A program made the translations under genes and the position numbers. From Deltaproteobacteria bacterium (GTDB taxonomy: Bacteria; Bdellovibrionota_C; UBA2361; J135), in contig JACKAH010000003.1 of assembly GCA_020635175.1 (NCBI GenBank), positions 3 to 64,002 of the forward strand: a stretch of 64,000 bases of DNA, written 5' to 3'. The stretch's first letter is position 1; each line of letters begins with the position of its first letter. The notes below the pieces were generated by a model, which was not told the origin of the DNA, did no database searches, and saw only the letters and a program-made list of their open reading frames with translations. Positions 42,135-55,492 of the stretch are shown here, piece by piece.

Positions 42135-42803
42135 ATGAAAAAATTATTTTATCTTTTCTTAGTCTTAGCTGTTTCACAATTAGCTGCGTGTGGCGGAAGT
42201 AGCAGTGACGACGATGATAGTGGCAGCACAAGCGATCCTGTAACAACAGCGACTCCAACGCCCTCTGTTACAGCCACGCCTACACCCGCGGCATCAGCGA
42301 CACCGACACCAACTCCTGAATCAACAGCAACGCCTACTCCTACAGCAACTCCTCAATCTTCAGCACTTGATTTTGCTGATGAGTTCGCTGGTACGAGTGT
42401 AGGGCAATGGAATAACGTAACTTTTGGTAGCTCTGGCGCTGCTCAGTACACAGCTTCGTTTAATGGAAACACTTTAACGCTAGTTACAGACGTTGATGGC
42501 CTCGTTTTTGGGCTAGTTAACCCTGACCCTGAGACTATCGTGGCGGAGGTGTCAGAGACCGGTAGTGGATGGACCCTGACCTTGGTTTCTGAGACTTTTG
42601 GTTCAGTAGTTGTAAACATTTCAACTACTTCAACTGCTGGAACGTTTGCTTTTACAGCAAGCGCTTCAGATGTCCCAGCTGTCGCTATCGCTAGCTTTAC
42701 TGCCGAAGGAACATTTAATTCTACTCAGCTTGAGGCTGATGGGGTTATTACCTTCGTTGGTGGTGGAACTGCCAACACGACTTTTGTCTTAAATAAGCAA
42801 TAA
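42135..42803 (+). CDS. Lipoprotein with Pro/Thr-rich linker and beta-rich domain
   Basis: Lipobox LAACGG followed by a TATPTP repeat linker. Confidence 0.8.
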   Translation: MKKLFYLFLVLAVSQLAACGGSSSDDDDSGSTSDPVTTATPTPSVTATPTPAASATPTPTPESTATPTPTATPQSSALDFADEFAGTSVGQWNNVTFGSSGAAQYTASFNGNTLTLVTDVDGLVFGLVNPDPETIVAEVSETGSGWTLTLVSETFGSVVVNISTTSTAGTFAFTASASDVPAVAIASFTAEGTFNSTQLEADGVITFVGGGTANTTFVLNKQ

Positions 42804-43020
42804 ATTCAGCAAGATAAGCAGACGAAGTAGACCCAAAAATGCTTCGTTTGCTAACCCCACACTTTTTTAGATAAATCAAGAATAATTTTGCCCAAACATT
42901 TGCTGTAAGCTTACGAATCTGCTACTCTCCCGAATTCCATAAAGTTTTTTTGAAAAGAAGTAGCATTTTCAGCTATATAGCGAATTTTTCGACAGGCTGA
43001 GAGTTCGTGCAAGGGGAGTT

Positions 43021-43236
43021 ATGGCTCAAGCTAAGCAGAGTGAAGGGAATTTAATCTCACAAGGAGTGTCCTTCACAAAAGAAAGTTGGACTGAACTAAA
43101 AAAAGTTAGTTATCCGACAAAACAGGAAACGATACAGGCAACATTTGTTGTGATTGTAATGATGTTGTTGATCGCTGCTTACCTTGGATTGCTTGATCTT
43201 GTTTTTAATGAACTTATGCAGTCGATAATGGCGTAG
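43021..43236 (+). CDS. secE: Preprotein translocase subunit SecE
   Basis: ELKKV.YPT.QET motif plus a TM helix; upstream of nusG. Confidence 0.92.
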   Translation: MAQAKQSEGNLISQGVSFTKESWTELKKVSYPTKQETIQATFVVIVMMLLIAAYLGLLDLVFNELMQSIMA

Positions 43237-43257
43237 CACTAGTTTGCTAGGAATGGA

Positions 43258-44094
43258 ATGGACGAAATAAACGAAACTCAAAATAATGATTCAGAAGATA
43301 CAGCGAGTGAAGCTGTAATTGAAACTGTGACTGATGAAAGTGCAGCAGGTAATGGCTCGCATGAAACTCAGTCAGAAGAATCTAAACCAGAAACTGTTGA
43401 AGCATCAGCTCCAATTGAAGATGTGCCTTTTGGTGCAGAGACTCAAACTCAAGAGGCTGCTTCAGTAGAAGACACTTCTAGTTCTGATTCTGAGCAAAGC
43501 AGTTCTTCTGATAAAGAAGAAGAGGAAGAAGACATTCCATTGGATCCGTTCTCTGTACCTAAGGAGGGGATGGATTGGTACGTAGTTAACGCTTACTCGG
43601 GATACGAGTCTAAGGCTAAGATCTCTTTGCAGGAGAGAATTAAGACACACGATGCTCTTGATGATTTCGGAGCCATCTTAGTTCCTCAAGAGACTGTAAT
43701 CGAGATGGTTAGAGGTCAAAAGAAGCAGACTACTAAGAAATTTTATCCTGGCTACATGTTGGTTCAGATGAACATGAACCAAGACACTTGGCACTTAGTT
43801 AAAGACACTCCAAAGATCTCAGGATTTGTTGGTGATGTTAAGGACCCTATGCCTCTAGGCCCAGATGAGGTTGACAAGATCTTACACCAAGTCCAAGAGG
43901 GTGCCTCTTCTCCACGTTCTCGTATGAACTTTGAGCAGGGCGAAAGTGTTAAGGTGGTAGATGGGCCATTTGCAGATTTCAACGGAACTGTTGAAGAAGT
44001 TAAGCCTGAAAAAGGTAAACTCAAAGTATTGATTAGTATTTTTGGTCGTGCTACTCCCGTTGAGCTCGATTTTGCTCAAGTTGAGAAGGTATAG
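43258..44094 (+). CDS. nusG: Transcription termination/antitermination factor NusG with acidic N-terminal extension
   Basis: Motifs WYVV...[22 protein letters not shown] and [10 protein letters not shown]. Confidence 0.97.
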   Translation: MDEINETQNNDSEDTASEAVIETVTDESAAGNGSHETQSEESKPETVEASAPIEDVPFGAETQTQEAASVEDTSSSDSEQSSSSDKEEEEEDIPLDPFSVPKEGMDWYVVNAYSGYESKAKISLQERIKTHDALDDFGAILVPQETVIEMVRGQKKQTTKKFYPGYMLVQMNMNQDTWHLVKDTPKISGFVGDVKDPMPLGPDEVDKILHQVQEGASSPRSRMNFEQGESVKVVDGPFADFNGTVEEVKPEKGKLKVLISIFGRATPVELDFAQVEKV

Positions 44095-44126
44095 CAGCGG
44101 AAAAATAGAGATTTTAAGAGGACACA

Positions 44127-44549
44127 ATGAAAGAGGTAACAGGACAGATTAAGTTGCAGATTGAAGCTGGTAAAGCTAACCCTGCACCACCTGTTGGTCC
44201 AGCACTTGGGCAACACGGTGTAAACATTATGGACTTTTGTAAGGCTTTTAATGCAGCTACACAAAAGAACCCAGGCGAGATCATTCCTGTAGTAATTACT
44301 GTCTACAAAGATAGATCTTTTACATTTGAAACAAAGACTCCACCTGCATCTTTCTTGATTAAGAAGGCTGCTAAGGTTCAAAAGGGTTCAGGCGTTCCAA
44401 ATAGAGATAAGGTAGGCAGACTTACTCAAGCTCAGATCAAAGAGATTGCAGAGAAAAAGATGTCAGATTTGAATGCAAACGATATCGACGCTGCTTGTAA
44501 GATTATTGCTGGTACTGCACGCAGCATGGGAATTGATGTAGTTAATTAA
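44127..44549 (+). CDS. rplK: 50S ribosomal protein L11
   Basis: Motifs [15 protein letters not shown] and GTARSMG. Confidence 0.98.
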   Translation: MKEVTGQIKLQIEAGKANPAPPVGPALGQHGVNIMDFCKAFNAATQKNPGEIIPVVITVYKDRSFTFETKTPPASFLIKKAAKVQKGSGVPNRDKVGRLTQAQIKEIAEKKMSDLNANDIDAACKIIAGTARSMGIDVVN

Positions 44550-44565
44550 TATAGACGGTTTAGAG

Positions 44566-45261
44566 ATGGCTATTAGTAAGCGTACTAAAACAGAAAGAAG
44601 CAAAGTTGACGGTGAGAAATTTTATCCGCTTGAAGAAGCTTGCCAGCTTGCAGCTGATACAGCCTCAGCTAAGTTCGATGAGACAATTGAAATAGCATTG
44701 TGTCTTGGCGTTGACCCACGAAAATCTGATCAGAATATTCGTGGAGCAGTAGAGCTTCCACACGGTCTTGGTAAAAAGACAGTTGTTGCAGTCTTTGCTA
44801 AGGGCGAGAAGATCAAAGAAGCACAGGATGCTGGCGCTGATATCGTTGGTGCTGAAGATTTAGTCGAAAAAGTTCAGGGTGGATTTTTAGATTTTGATAG
44901 CGTAGTCGCAACTCCTGACATGATGGCTCAAGTTGGTAAACTTGGTAAGCAATTAGGACCACGTGGTTTAATGCCATCACCAAAAATTGGAACTGTTACT
45001 TTTGATGTCGGAGAAGCTGTAAAAGCAATTAAAGCAGGACGTGCAGAGTATCGTGTAGAGAAAGCAGGTATCGTTCACGCTTCAATCGGTAAAGCTTCAT
45101 TCGGTGGCGAAAAGTTGAGAGAAAACGCAGAGGAATTTGTTCGTGCAATTTGTCGTGCAAAACCTTCTACTAGCAAGGGGATTTATCTTAAGAGTGGCTC
45201 CCTTTCTTCAACAATGGGTCCAGGAATAGCTCTTGATGTTATTCCAATGAGAAATATTTAG
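44566..45261 (+). CDS. rplA: 50S ribosomal protein L1
   Basis: Motifs [18 protein letters not shown] and STMGPGI. Confidence 0.98.
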   Translation: MAISKRTKTERSKVDGEKFYPLEEACQLAADTASAKFDETIEIALCLGVDPRKSDQNIRGAVELPHGLGKKTVVAVFAKGEKIKEAQDAGADIVGAEDLVEKVQGGFLDFDSVVATPDMMAQVGKLGKQLGPRGLMPSPKIGTVTFDVGEAVKAIKAGRAEYRVEKAGIVHASIGKASFGGEKLRENAEEFVRAICRAKPSTSKGIYLKSGSLSSTMGPGIALDVIPMRNI

Positions 45262-45278
45262 TATAGGTAAGTGTTAAG

Positions 45279-45824
45279 ATGAATAAGGCAGCAAAACAGG
45301 ACGAGATCGAACTATTAAAGCAGCGACTTTCTACTGCTCAGATTGCAGTATTTGCTGACTTCAATGGTTTAACAGTTGAGCAGATTACAAATCTTAGAGC
45401 TAAGCTTCGCGAAGCTGGTGCATCTGCAAAAGTTGTTAAGAACACTTTAACAAGAATAGCCGCCGCTGATGTTTTTAAAGAGAACGAAGCTGCGGATCTT
45501 GAAAAATTAATTGGTCTTTTAGAAGGACCAAACATGTTGACCTTTTCAGCTGAGGACGTAGTAGGTCCTGCTAAGGTCCTAACTAAGTTTGCTAAGGAAA
45601 ACGAAAAACTTGAGATCAAGGGTGGATGGTGTGATGGAAAGTTTATCGACTCAAAAGATGTCGATGCTCTTTCTAAAATGCCAAGCAAAGAGGAGACCTT
45701 GGCAAAACTTCTCGCGCTGCTCAATACGCCAGCTACAAAAGTTGTACAACTTTTACAGGCACCAGCTTCACAGTTGGTTCGCACACTTGCTGCGTATAGA
45801 GACAAACTAGAGAAGGGGTCTTAG
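45279..45824 (+). CDS. rplJ: 50S ribosomal protein L10
   Basis: Motifs GLTV.QIT.LR, VVKNTL and L.KMPSKEE; position in operon. Confidence 0.96.
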   Translation: MNKAAKQDEIELLKQRLSTAQIAVFADFNGLTVEQITNLRAKLREAGASAKVVKNTLTRIAAADVFKENEAADLEKLIGLLEGPNMLTFSAEDVVGPAKVLTKFAKENEKLEIKGGWCDGKFIDSKDVDALSKMPSKEETLAKLLALLNTPATKVVQLLQAPASQLVRTLAAYRDKLEKGS

Positions 45825-45883
45825 AGCAGAGCTAGAGAGTTAACTTTTAAATTTTTGTATTTTTAAATAGATAGGAGTGAAAA

Positions 45884-46267
45884 ATGAGTGATGTAACCGG
45901 AGAGCAGGTGAAGGATTTCATCAAAAACATGTCTCTCATGGAAGCAGCCCAGCTAGTTAAAGAGCTTGAAGATGAGCTTGGAGTAACTGCTGCTGCACCT
46001 GTGGCTATGGTTGGTGCTGTAGCTGCTGGCGGTGGTGCTGAAGCTGAAGAGGCTCAAACTGACTTCACAGTTTCATTGGATGAGCCAGGCGCTGAGAGAG
46101 TTAAGGTCATTAAAGTGGTTCGTGAAATCACTGGACTTGGACTCAAAGAGGCGAAAGAGCTTGTTGATTCAACACCAAAAGCACTTAAAGAAGGTGTTGA
46201 GAAAGCTGAAGCTGAAGAAATCAAGAAGAAACTTGAAGAAGTTGGCGCAAAAGCCAGCATTAAGTAA
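45884..46267 (+). CDS. rplL: 50S ribosomal protein L7/L12
   Basis: Motifs [27 protein letters not shown] and LEEVGA. Confidence 0.98.
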   Translation: MSDVTGEQVKDFIKNMSLMEAAQLVKELEDELGVTAAAPVAMVGAVAAGGGAEAEEAQTDFTVSLDEPGAERVKVIKVVREITGLGLKEAKELVDSTPKALKEGVEKAEAEEIKKKLEEVGAKASIK

Positions 46268-46596
46268 TCTTGCGGCGACCCAATCTAGAACTATGTTTTA
46301 GGGTGTTTGGGTCGCCACAAAATGAACTTCTGCGCTTTTGTTGACAAATAAGAGCTGCAGATATAAATAATCAAGATTATTAGCTTTAGTTTCCGGCAGA
46401 TTTTTTTAGTGGAGTCAACCTCTTTGGGCCAAAGACCCCAAGGTAAACAGTCAGACAATTTATTTTGTTAGCACAGGAAGTGTAAGCGTAGATTTATGCT
46501 TTCACATTTCCTGTTGACGTGTTTGCTGCACTCTTTAACCAAAGAAACTCCAATGCCACAGGTGGTGTTAACCTTAACCCGGATTAGACAATTATT

Positions 46597-49500
46597 ATGA
46601 CTTCTCAAATTAAAACGAGCCTACGTTTCAGACGCAATTACGGTAGCATTGGTGAAATTGCGGAGATCCCAAATTTAATCGAGATTCAAAAAAAATCATA
46701 CGAGAAGTTTTTACAGAGTAAAGTAGATCCAGACAAGAGAGAAGAGATCGGTCTACAAAAAGTTTTCAAGTCAGTTTTTCCAATTAGTGATTACAACGGA
46801 AACGCATCACTTGAGTTCGTATCTTATTCACTTGGAACTCCAAAGTATGACGTAGAAGAGTGCCGTGATCGTGGCATGACTTGGGCTGCGCCATTACGTG
46901 TAACGATTCAACTTGTTCTTTGGGAAACAAACTCAGACACCGGACAAAAAAGTTTAAGCGCTCTTAAAGAAGACACAGTTTACTTCGGTGAAGTACCGCT
47001 GATGACTGATAAAGGTACCTTTATGGTTAATGGTACCGAGCGTGTGGTTGTAAGCCAATTACACCGTTCTCCAGGTGTATTTTTCGATCATGATAAAGGT
47101 AAGAGTCACCCATCTGGTAAGTTGCTCTACTCAGCACGTGTAATTCCATACCGTGGTTCATGGTTGGATTTTGAGTTTGATATTAAAGATCTTCTCTTTG
47201 TTCGAATCGACAGACGTAGAAAGTTGCACGCAACTGTGCTTCTACGTGCTTTGGGTATGAGCGGCGATGAGATTCTAAATGAGTACTACAAATCTGACAC
47301 TTTAACTTTTGATAAAGGTGGAGTTGTCACGAAAGATTTTATCCCTTCTCAGTTAGAAGGAGAGAAAGCATTCAAGTTAATCAAGTCTAAAGACGGCAAA
47401 CCGATCGTTAAGAAAGGTGGTAAGTATAACCGTGCTGTTATTCGAAGATTAAACGAAGCCAATATTAAGAACATTGAAATCGATCCTGATTCTGTTGAGG
47501 GAATGATCGTTGCTGATACTGTGATTGAGGCAATCGAGGAAGTTATAAACCCAGTTACAGAAGATGTTATCGCAGAAGATGGTGAAGTTATTGTTGGTTG
47601 GGAACAGATCATTCAACAAGTTGGTATGGCTTTAGCTGAACTTAATGAAGAACAGCAAGCTGACATCTGTGCGAAGTTTAAAATTATCACGAATGCAGGT
47701 GATGAAATCACACTTGATAAGATCAATGCGAAAGGCAACGTTGTTACTCAAGGTAACCTTTCAATGTTGCTTGAGCGTGGATTACGCAAGATTCGCATCC
47801 TTTACTTAGAGGATAACCACATCGGTGATACTCTCTGGAAGACTTTTGTTGCTGATAAAATGTCTCCTGAGGCCGATGACCTCTTTTCAAGAATTGTAAA
47901 TGTACCGGCGACTAACAGTTTAATTGAGATCTACAGAAGACTCCGCCCTGGAGATCCTCCAAGACCAGAAACTGCAGCAGCAGCGTTTAAAAATCTATTT
48001 TTCAATGAAGAGCGATATGACCTCTCTTCTGTTGGTAGACTAAAGCTAAACCACAAACTTTATATCTCTCAAGGTAAAGAGGCTCCTCCAGTTGAGCAGG
48101 GAACTCTTACTGAGCAAGATATTAAAGAAACTTGTCGTTACATTTTAGAACTTAAGAGCTCTAACGATCCACTACGATTCTCAATCGATGATATCGATCA
48201 CCTCGGTAACAGACGTGTTCGTGCGGTTGGTGAGTTAATTGAGAACCAATTTAGAATTGGTCTGGTTAGACTAGAGCGCGCAGTTAAAGAGCGTATGGGT
48301 ATGCAGGATATTGATACCCTAGTGCCTCAGGATTTGATTAACTACAAATCTGTAGCTGCAGTTGTTAAAGAGTTCTACGGCTCCTCACAGCTTTCTCAGT
48401 TTATGGATCAAACAAATCCACTATCTGAGGTAACTCATAAACGAAGACTTTCAGCGCTTGGGCCTGGAGGTTTGACGCGTGATAGAGCAGGCTTTGAAGT
48501 ACGTGACGTTCATCCAACGCACTACGGTCGAATTTGTCCAATTGAAACTCCAGAAGGACCAAACATTGGACTGATCTCTTCTTTAGCTACTCATGCAAGA
48601 ATTAATGATTTTGGTTTCATTGAGACTCCATACAGAATCGTTGATAACAGTCACAGAGTAACAGAAGATATTATTTATCTTTCTGCCCTTGAGGAAGAGC
48701 GTGAAGTAATCGCTCAGGCTCAGGTGCCTATGGATAAGAAAGGAAACTTCTTAGAAGCATCTGTTCCATCTAGAAGAAATTCTGAGTACGTCATGGCGAG
48801 CCCTGATGAAGTTACTCGTATGGACGTAAGCCCGAAACAGCTTGTTTCAGTGGCTGCTTCATTAATTCCATTCCTTGAAAACGACGACGCAAACCGTGCC
48901 TTGATGGGTTCGAACATGCAACGTCAGGCCGTACCATGTCTTAAGACAATGGCTCCACTTGTAGGAACTGGAATTGAGACAAACGTTGCTAGAGACTCTG
49001 GCGCTACTGTTGTTGCTCACCGTGCTGGTAAGATCGTTTCAGTTGATGCGGATAGGATTGTAATCAAAGCAAATGAAACAACTGATGATCCACTTGATAC
49101 AGGTGTAGATATCTACAACTTAGTTAAGTACCGTCGAACAAACCAAAACACATGTATTAACCAGAAGCCAATCGTATCTCCTGGTGAACGTGTTGAAGCA
49201 AACGAAGTAATTGCTGATGGTCCATCAACAGATATGGCGGAGCTTGCTCTTGGTCAAAACGTACTGGTCGCATTCATGCCATGGGGTGGATATAACTTTG
49301 AGGACTCTATTTTAATCAACGAAAGATTGGTTAAAGAAGACATCTTTTCTTCTATCCATATCGAAGAGTTCGAGTGTATCGCTCGTGACACTAAGCTTGG
49401 TAAAGAGGAGATTACTAGAGATATTCCAAACGTTGGTGAAGACGCTCTAAGAAATCTTGATGAATCAGGTATCATTAGAGTTGGAGCTGAAGTTGAGCCA

Positions 49501-51060
49501 GGCGATATCTTGGTTGGAAAAATTACTCCTAAGAGCGAAACACAGTTAAGCCCTGAAGAAAAACTACTCCGTGCTATCTTTGGTGAGAAAGCCGGTGAAG
49601 TTAGAGACACAAGCTTGAGATTACCTCCAGGTGTTGAGGGGACTATTATCTCTGCTCAAGTTTTCTCTCGTAAGGGAACTGAGAAAGATGAAAGAACTCT
49701 TGCTCTAGAAAAAGCTGAAATTGAAAAGATTGAACAGGATCAACGCGACGAGATGAACATCTTGCGCGATACTGCACTCAAAGAGATCAAGGAGCATTTA
49801 GTAGGTAAAGCAACAACAGCTAAGCTTATTGATGATAAGCGTAACGAGTTGATTGCTAAGGACTCAAAACTTACTACTGAGATGTTAGATCAAGTTCCAT
49901 TTGAATACCTAAGAGATATTCAGATCGGGAACGAGAAGATCCAAGAAAAGGTAAATGAGATTGTAGTTAGAACTGGTCAGCTTATTAATAATAAGCGTGC
50001 AGCTCTTAAAGAGAAGATCGAGCGTTTGAAAGAGGGTGATGAACTTTCACCTGGTGTAATTAAGATGGTTAAAGTCTTTATTGCAATTAAGCGTAAGATC
50101 CAAGTTGGTGACAAGATGGCGGGTCGTCACGGTAACAAAGGTGTGCTTTCACGTGTAGTACCGGAAGAAGACATGCCTTACCTTGAAGACGGAACACCAG
50201 TTGATATCGTTCTTAACCCACTTGGTGTGCCTTCTCGAATGAACGTAGGACAGGTCAAAGAGGTACATCTTGGCTGGGGAGCTTACGTTGCAGGTCGAAC
50301 AATGCGCAACTACCTAGAGAAGGTCATGGATCCTCTAACAGGTACTGCATTGCCTGAATGCACAGCTGAGCAACGCAAAGAAGTTGCAGGCGAGTTGAGA
50401 GAGTTCTTGAAGAAAGCTTACGGTAACGAAAAGTTCGTACAGTTTATCTCTGCACTTGATGATGAGGATACATTTAAGTTCGCTCGTAAGAACATGAATG
50501 GACTTCATACTGCTTGTCCGGTGTTTGATAGTGCAACTGAAGATGACATTCTTAATCTTTTAGAGTTGGTTGGTGTTGATAAAGACGCTCAATCTCAACT
50601 CTATGATGGAAGATCAGGCGAGCCATTCTCAGAGAAGGTGACAGTTGGTGTGATGTACATGCTCAAACTGGATCACTTGGTGGATGATAAGATTCACGCG
50701 CGCTCAATTGGGCCATACTCTCTTGTTACTCAGCAACCGCTCGGTGGTAAAGCACAGTTTGGTGGTCAGAGACTTGGAGAGATGGAGGTCTGGGCCCTTG
50801 AAGCATACGGTGCCGCTTATACATTGCAAGAGTTCCTAACTGTTAAGTCAGACGACGTACAGGGTAGAACTCGTATGTACGAAGCGATCGTTAAGGGCGA
50901 GCACGTACTTGAACCAGGATTACCTGAGTCATTTAACGTTATGATGAAAGAGCTTATGGCCCTTGGTCTAGATGTTGAGCTCCTAGAAGAGCGAGATGAG
51001 AATGACGATGATGATATCTCAGATGGTGAGATTATCTCTGACTTGAATCCATTAGCATAA
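46597..51060 (+). CDS. rpoB: RNA polymerase beta subunit
   Basis: Motifs [49 protein letters not shown] and GGQRLGEME. Confidence 0.99.
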   Translation: MTSQIKTSLRFRRNYGSIGEIAEIPNLIEIQKKSYEKFLQSKVDPDKREEIGLQKVFKSVFPISDYNGNASLEFVSYSLGTPKYDVEECRDRGMTWAAPLRVTIQLVLWETNSDTGQKSLSALKEDTVYFGEVPLMTDKGTFMVNGTERVVVSQLHRSPGVFFDHDKGKSHPSGKLLYSARVIPYRGSWLDFEFDIKDLLFVRIDRRRKLHATVLLRALGMSGDEILNEYYKSDTLTFDKGGVVTKDFIPSQLEGEKAFKLIKSKDGKPIVKKGGKYNRAVIRRLNEANIKNIEIDPDSVEGMIVADTVIEAIEEVINPVTEDVIAEDGEVIVGWEQIIQQVGMALAELNEEQQADICAKFKIITNAGDEITLDKINAKGNVVTQGNLSMLLERGLRKIRILYLEDNHIGDTLWKTFVADKMSPEADDLFSRIVNVPATNSLIEIYRRLRPGDPPRPETAAAAFKNLFFNEERYDLSSVGRLKLNHKLYISQGKEAPPVEQGTLTEQDIKETCRYILELKSSNDPLRFSIDDIDHLGNRRVRAVGELIENQFRIGLVRLERAVKERMGMQDIDTLVPQDLINYKSVAAVVKEFYGSSQLSQFMDQTNPLSEVTHKRRLSALGPGGLTRDRAGFEVRDVHPTHYGRICPIETPEGPNIGLISSLATHARINDFGFIETPYRIVDNSHRVTEDIIYLSALEEEREVIAQAQVPMDKKGNFLEASVPSRRNSEYVMASPDEVTRMDVSPKQLVSVAASLIPFLENDDANRALMGSNMQRQAVPCLKTMAPLVGTGIETNVARDSGATVVAHRAGKIVSVDADRIVIKANETTDDPLDTGVDIYNLVKYRRTNQNTCINQKPIVSPGERVEANEVIADGPSTDMAELALGQNVLVAFMPWGGYNFEDSILINERLVKEDIFSSIHIEEFECIARDTKLGKEEITRDIPNVGEDALRNLDESGIIRVGAEVEPGDILVGKITPKSETQLSPEEKLLRAIFGEKAGEVRDTSLRLPPGVEGTIISAQVFSRKGTEKDERTLALEKAEIEKIEQDQRDEMNILRDTALKEIKEHLVGKATTAKLIDDKRNELIAKDSKLTTEMLDQVPFEYLRDIQIGNEKIQEKVNEIVVRTGQLINNKRAALKEKIERLKEGDELSPGVIKMVKVFIAIKRKIQVGDKMAGRHGNKGVLSRVVPEEDMPYLEDGTPVDIVLNPLGVPSRMNVGQVKEVHLGWGAYVAGRTMRNYLEKVMDPLTGTALPECTAEQRKEVAGELREFLKKAYGNEKFVQFISALDDEDTFKFARKNMNGLHTACPVFDSATEDDILNLLELVGVDKDAQSQLYDGRSGEPFSEKVTVGVMYMLKLDHLVDDKIHARSIGPYSLVTQQPLGGKAQFGGQRLGEMEVWALEAYGAAYTLQEFLTVKSDDVQGRTRMYEAIVKGEHVLEPGLPESFNVMMKELMALGLDVELLEERDENDDDDISDGEIISDLNPLA

Positions 51061-51096
51061 ACGTTTTGCAGTCTTTTATAAGAGGAAGGAAATAAT

Positions 51097-54000
51097 ATGG
51101 ACGATTTGTTCAGCCTATTTGAGAAACCTAAGAACCCACTTAAGTTCAATGCATTACAGGTTTCAATAGCTAGTCCTGAAAAGATTCGCAGTTGGTCGTT
51201 TGGTGAAGTACTTAAGCCAGAGACTATCAATTATCGTACGTTTAAAACTGAGCGTGATGGACTCTTCTGTGCCAAGATCTTTGGTCCAACCAAAGATTAC
51301 GAGTGTAATTGCGGTAAATATAAAAGAATGCGTCACCGTGGCGTAGTTTGTGAGAAATGTGGGGTTGAAGTAATTCAATCAAAAGTACGTCGTGAGCGTA
51401 TGGGACACATTGAGCTTGCTTGTCCAGTGGCGCACATCTGGTTTCTAAAAAGTTTGCCAAGCCGTATCGGTACAATTTTAGATATTTCACTTAGAGATCT
51501 TGAGAAAGTTCTCTATTTCGAAAACTACATCGTAACTGATCCTGGTGATACTGAGATGGAGGAAGGAGATCTTCTAACAGAAAAAGAGTATCGCGAGGCT
51601 CGCACAGAGTGGGGCAGCAAATTTGAAGCTGGCATGGGAGCTGAAACTATTCGTGTTATGCTTGAGCGTCTTGAGTTACCTAAACTTCATGATGTTCTCT
51701 TGGCTGAACTGCGTGACGCAACCTCAGAAGCTAAGAAAAAGAAACTGATTAAGCGCTTGAAAGTTATTAAGTCTTTCCTTGCTAGCGATAACAGGCCTGA
51801 ATGGATGGTTTTAACTGTTGTTCCAGTTATTCCACCTGACTTGAGACCTCTTGTTCCACTTGATGGTGGAAGATTTGCTACAAGCGATCTGAACGATCTT
51901 TATCGTCGTGTTATTAACAGAAATAACCGTCTTAAGAGATTAATGGAGTTAGGCTCTCCTGATATCATTATCAGAAACGAGAAACGTATGCTGCAAGAAG
52001 CAGTGGATGCGCTTTTTGATAATGGTCGTAGAGGCAGAACTATTACAGGTCCAAACAAGCGACCACTGAAATCTTTGAGCGACATGCTTAAAGGTAAAGG
52101 TGGACGTTTCCGTCAAAACCTACTTGGTAAGCGTGTTGACTACTCTGGACGTTCCGTAATTGTAGTTGGTCCTGAACTTAGATTGCACCAATGTGGTCTT
52201 CCTAAGAAGATGGCGCTCGAGCTCTTTAAGCCATTTATCTACAACAAACTTGAAGAGCGTGGTTATGTAACTACGATTAAGAGTGCGAAGAAGATGGTTG
52301 AAAAGGGTAAGCCAGTTGTTTGGGATATCCTTGATGAAGTTATTAAAGAGCACCCAGTTCTTCTAAACCGTGCACCAACTCTGCACAGACTTGGTATTCA
52401 AGGATTTGAACCAGTACTTGTTGAAGGTAAAGCAATCCAGTTGCACCCACTTGTTTGTACTGCGTTTAACGCGGACTTTGACGGTGACCAGATGGCGGTT
52501 CACGTACCACTTTCTGTAGAAGCACAAGTTGAGTCTCGTGTTTTGATGATGTCTACCAATAACGTGCTTGGGCCTGCGCATGGTAAGCCCATTATTGTGC
52601 CATCTCAGGATATCGTACTTGGACTTTACTATATGACCCGTGAAAGACCTTTTGCTAAAGGTCATGACAAAATCTTTTCTTCACCAGAAGAGGTAAGATT
52701 TGCATGGGATGTAGGTGAAGTTGCGCTGCAAGCACAAATTAAGTGTCGTATCGGAGATGAGATACACGAAACAACAGTTGGTCGTATCTTATTGTATGAA
52801 GCACTACCAAAAAGCTTGCCATTCAGTCGCTTCAATAAGCTTATGAGGAAAAAGCAGATCTCTGCTTTGATCGACGAGGCTTTCCGTGTGGCTGGTAACA
52901 AAGCAACTGTTATCTTAGCTGACCGCTTAAAAGATATCGGATACAAGTTTGCTACATTAGCTGGAGTTTCGATTGGAATGAAAGATATGGTCATTCCAGA
53001 AACTAAGCAGCAGATCCTTGAAAAGGCAGAAGCAAAAGCTCAAGAGATCGATTCTCAATACCAAGAAGGTTTGATTACTTCTGGTGAGCGCTATAACAAA
53101 GTGATCGATATCTGGTCTGACGTAGCTGACCAAATTGCAGATGACATGATGAATGGACTCTCTTCTGAAGAGTTTACAAATCAGGAAACTGGTGAAGTTA
53201 AGCGTGGACCATCATTTAACTCAGTTTATATGATGGCTGATTCAGGTGCGAGGGGTTCAAACCAGCAGATTCGTCAGTTAGCTGGAATGCGAGGTTTGAT
53301 GGCTAAGCCGGATGGTTCAATTATTGAACAGCCGATTAAAGCTAACTTCCGTGAAGGACTAACAGTACTTCAATACTTCGTATCTACTCACGGTGCTCGT
53401 AAAGGTCTAGCAGATACAGCTCTTAAGACAGCAAACTCTGGTTACCTAACTCGACGTTTAGTTGACGTATCTCAGGATGTAATTGTTACTGAGATTGATT
53501 GTGGTACTGCAGATGGTATCGAAGTCACAGCTATGACAGAGGGTGGTGAAGAGATTGAATCATTAGCGAACCGTATCCTTGGTCGTGTTGCGTTAGAAGA
53601 TATTCGTGACCCAATTACCAATGATGTTTTGGTTGAGCGTAATCGTGAGATTGATGAAGAGATTTGCGAAGTCATAACAGAAGCTGGCCTAGACAGAGTA
53701 ACAATTCGTTCCGCTCTAACATGTGACGCGGAAAGAGGAGTTTGTTCTCTTTGTTACGGTCGTGATTTAGCTCGTGGTCACATGGTTAACGTTGGTGAAG
53801 CAGTTGGTGTAATTGCTGCACAGTCAATCGGTGAGCCTGGTACACAGCTTACAATGAGAACTTTCCACATCGGGGGTGCTGCGAGTGGTCGTGCTGAACA
53901 AACATCACTTGAAGCTCGTTTCGCTGGTGTTGTTAAGTACGAAAATGCTCGTGTTGTAAGCCGACGTGACGGGTCAGACGTTGTGATGAGTCGTAAAGCT

Positions 54001-55221
54001 GAAGTTTTAGTAATCGATCCAAACGATCAACGTGAACGTGAGCGTCATCCACTAGTTTACGGTGCAAGACTAAGAGTGAAAGAGGGTGATGAAGTAAACC
54101 CAAATCAGCTAATTGCTGAATGGGACCCATTTACGATTCCAATTCTTTCAGATATCGCTGGTCGTGTAGAGTGGCAAGATATCAACGAACTTACTATGGA
54201 AGAACGTACGGATGAACGTACAGGATTCGTAGAGCAAGAGATCGTTGAAGCTAAGGATAAGAGCTCTGATCTTAAACCTAGAATCGTTGTCCACGGAGAT
54301 AGTGGCCTGACTCGTGTCTACAACCTTCCAGTTGGTGTACGTGTATCAGTTGATCACAATGCAGATTTAGATGCTGGTGACATTATTGCTAAGCGTGAAA
54401 GAGCTACTACTAAGACTAAGGATATTACAGGTGGTCTGCCTAGGGTCGTTGAGCTTTTTGAAGCTCGTAAACCTAAGGATCCATCAGTTGTCGCAGATGT
54501 TGATGGTGTAGTGAGCTTTGGAGAAGATTACCGTGGTAAGCGTAGAATTATCGTAACTCCTGAGTATGGTGATGAGACTGAGTACTTTGTACCAAAGACT
54601 AAACACATTGCTGTACAGGAAGGTGATAATGTTAGAGCTGGTGAAGCATTAACTGATGGTGCTAGTAACCCTCATGACATCTTACGTATCCATGGAGTTA
54701 AAGCTCTTGCTGAGTTCTTAGTAAACGAAGTTCAAGAGATCTATAGATTGCAAGGTGTGCGTATCAACGATAAGCATATGGAGATTATAGTACGTCAGAT
54801 GTTAAGACGTGTAACTATCTCTGATGCAGGTGATACAGACTTCTTAGTAGGTGACCATGTATCTCGTTATATGGTTTATCAGGAAAATGAGAAGGTCGTA
54901 GCAGCTGGCGCTAAGCCAGCTTCTTATGAGCCTCTCTTGCTAGGTATTACTAAAGCAGCTTTAACTACAGATTCATTCATCTCTGCTGCGAGCTTCCAAG
55001 AAACTACCAAAGTTCTTACTGAAGCTGCTGTTAGTGGAAAGATTGATCACTTACGTGGCTTGAAAGAGAACGTAATTATGGGACGTCTAATCCCAGCGGG
55101 ATCAGGAATTGATGAGTACAATCAACGTAGAGTTAAGATTGAGAGCGAAGAAGAACAGCCAGATGATACTCGGTTTAACATTGAGCAGTCATCGCTTGAG
55201 TCTTTAGCCGGCTTGCTCTAG
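51097..55221 (+). CDS. rpoC: RNA polymerase beta' subunit
   Basis: Zn-finger C..CG.Y...C.KC, catalytic NADFDGD, and [13 protein letters not shown]. Confidence 0.99.
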   Translation: MDDLFSLFEKPKNPLKFNALQVSIASPEKIRSWSFGEVLKPETINYRTFKTERDGLFCAKIFGPTKDYECNCGKYKRMRHRGVVCEKCGVEVIQSKVRRERMGHIELACPVAHIWFLKSLPSRIGTILDISLRDLEKVLYFENYIVTDPGDTEMEEGDLLTEKEYREARTEWGSKFEAGMGAETIRVMLERLELPKLHDVLLAELRDATSEAKKKKLIKRLKVIKSFLASDNRPEWMVLTVVPVIPPDLRPLVPLDGGRFATSDLNDLYRRVINRNNRLKRLMELGSPDIIIRNEKRMLQEAVDALFDNGRRGRTITGPNKRPLKSLSDMLKGKGGRFRQNLLGKRVDYSGRSVIVVGPELRLHQCGLPKKMALELFKPFIYNKLEERGYVTTIKSAKKMVEKGKPVVWDILDEVIKEHPVLLNRAPTLHRLGIQGFEPVLVEGKAIQLHPLVCTAFNADFDGDQMAVHVPLSVEAQVESRVLMMSTNNVLGPAHGKPIIVPSQDIVLGLYYMTRERPFAKGHDKIFSSPEEVRFAWDVGEVALQAQIKCRIGDEIHETTVGRILLYEALPKSLPFSRFNKLMRKKQISALIDEAFRVAGNKATVILADRLKDIGYKFATLAGVSIGMKDMVIPETKQQILEKAEAKAQEIDSQYQEGLITSGERYNKVIDIWSDVADQIADDMMNGLSSEEFTNQETGEVKRGPSFNSVYMMADSGARGSNQQIRQLAGMRGLMAKPDGSIIEQPIKANFREGLTVLQYFVSTHGARKGLADTALKTANSGYLTRRLVDVSQDVIVTEIDCGTADGIEVTAMTEGGEEIESLANRILGRVALEDIRDPITNDVLVERNREIDEEICEVITEAGLDRVTIRSALTCDAERGVCSLCYGRDLARGHMVNVGEAVGVIAAQSIGEPGTQLTMRTFHIGGAASGRAEQTSLEARFAGVVKYENARVVSRRDGSDVVMSRKAEVLVIDPNDQRERERHPLVYGARLRVKEGDEVNPNQLIAEWDPFTIPILSDIAGRVEWQDINELTMEERTDERTGFVEQEIVEAKDKSSDLKPRIVVHGDSGLTRVYNLPVGVRVSVDHNADLDAGDIIAKRERATTKTKDITGGLPRVVELFEARKPKDPSVVADVDGVVSFGEDYRGKRRIIVTPEYGDETEYFVPKTKHIAVQEGDNVRAGEALTDGASNPHDILRIHGVKALAEFLVNEVQEIYRLQGVRINDKHMEIIVRQMLRRVTISDAGDTDFLVGDHVSRYMVYQENEKVVAAGAKPASYEPLLLGITKAALTTDSFISAASFQETTKVLTEAAVSGKIDHLRGLKENVIMGRLIPAGSGIDEYNQRRVKIESEEEQPDDTRFNIEQSSLESLAGLL

Positions 55222-55243
55222 ATATCGTTAGATGTCTTTTAAG

Positions 55244-55275
55244 AGGCTGCTTTGAGAAATCAGAGCAGCCTTTTT
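55244..55275 (+). terminator. Intrinsic terminator after rpoC
   Basis: AGGCTGCTTTGA-GAAA-TCAGAGCAGCCT followed by a T run. Confidence 0.75.
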
Positions 55276-55492
55276 AGCATTTTTCATCATCTCTTATATT
55301 TGTATCTGATTCATATGATACCAAGAGACCACATTTTTGAATAACTGTGTCAACAAGGGTCATTTTATCGAAAATATTTTGGGTAATTTGGGTTAGGGTG
55401 ATCTTCGCATAGAGCTGTAGGCTCTTTGGGAAGATCGATGTTACGTAATATAGGTTCTTCCCACACAGAAGCACCCCTCGATATCAAGCAAC

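Noticed and set aside
45338-45805. 155-aa antisense ORF over rplJ, and similar antisense ORFs over ahcY, eno, rpoB, rpoC and fusA
   Set aside because: They lie fully opposite well-conserved genes and are expected codon-bias shadows.
46270-46319. Stem-loop between rplL and rpoB as a terminator
   Set aside because: A stem exists (GGCGACCCAA/TTGGGTCGCC) but has no U-tract. It is probably an ordinary processing or attenuation structure and is not called.
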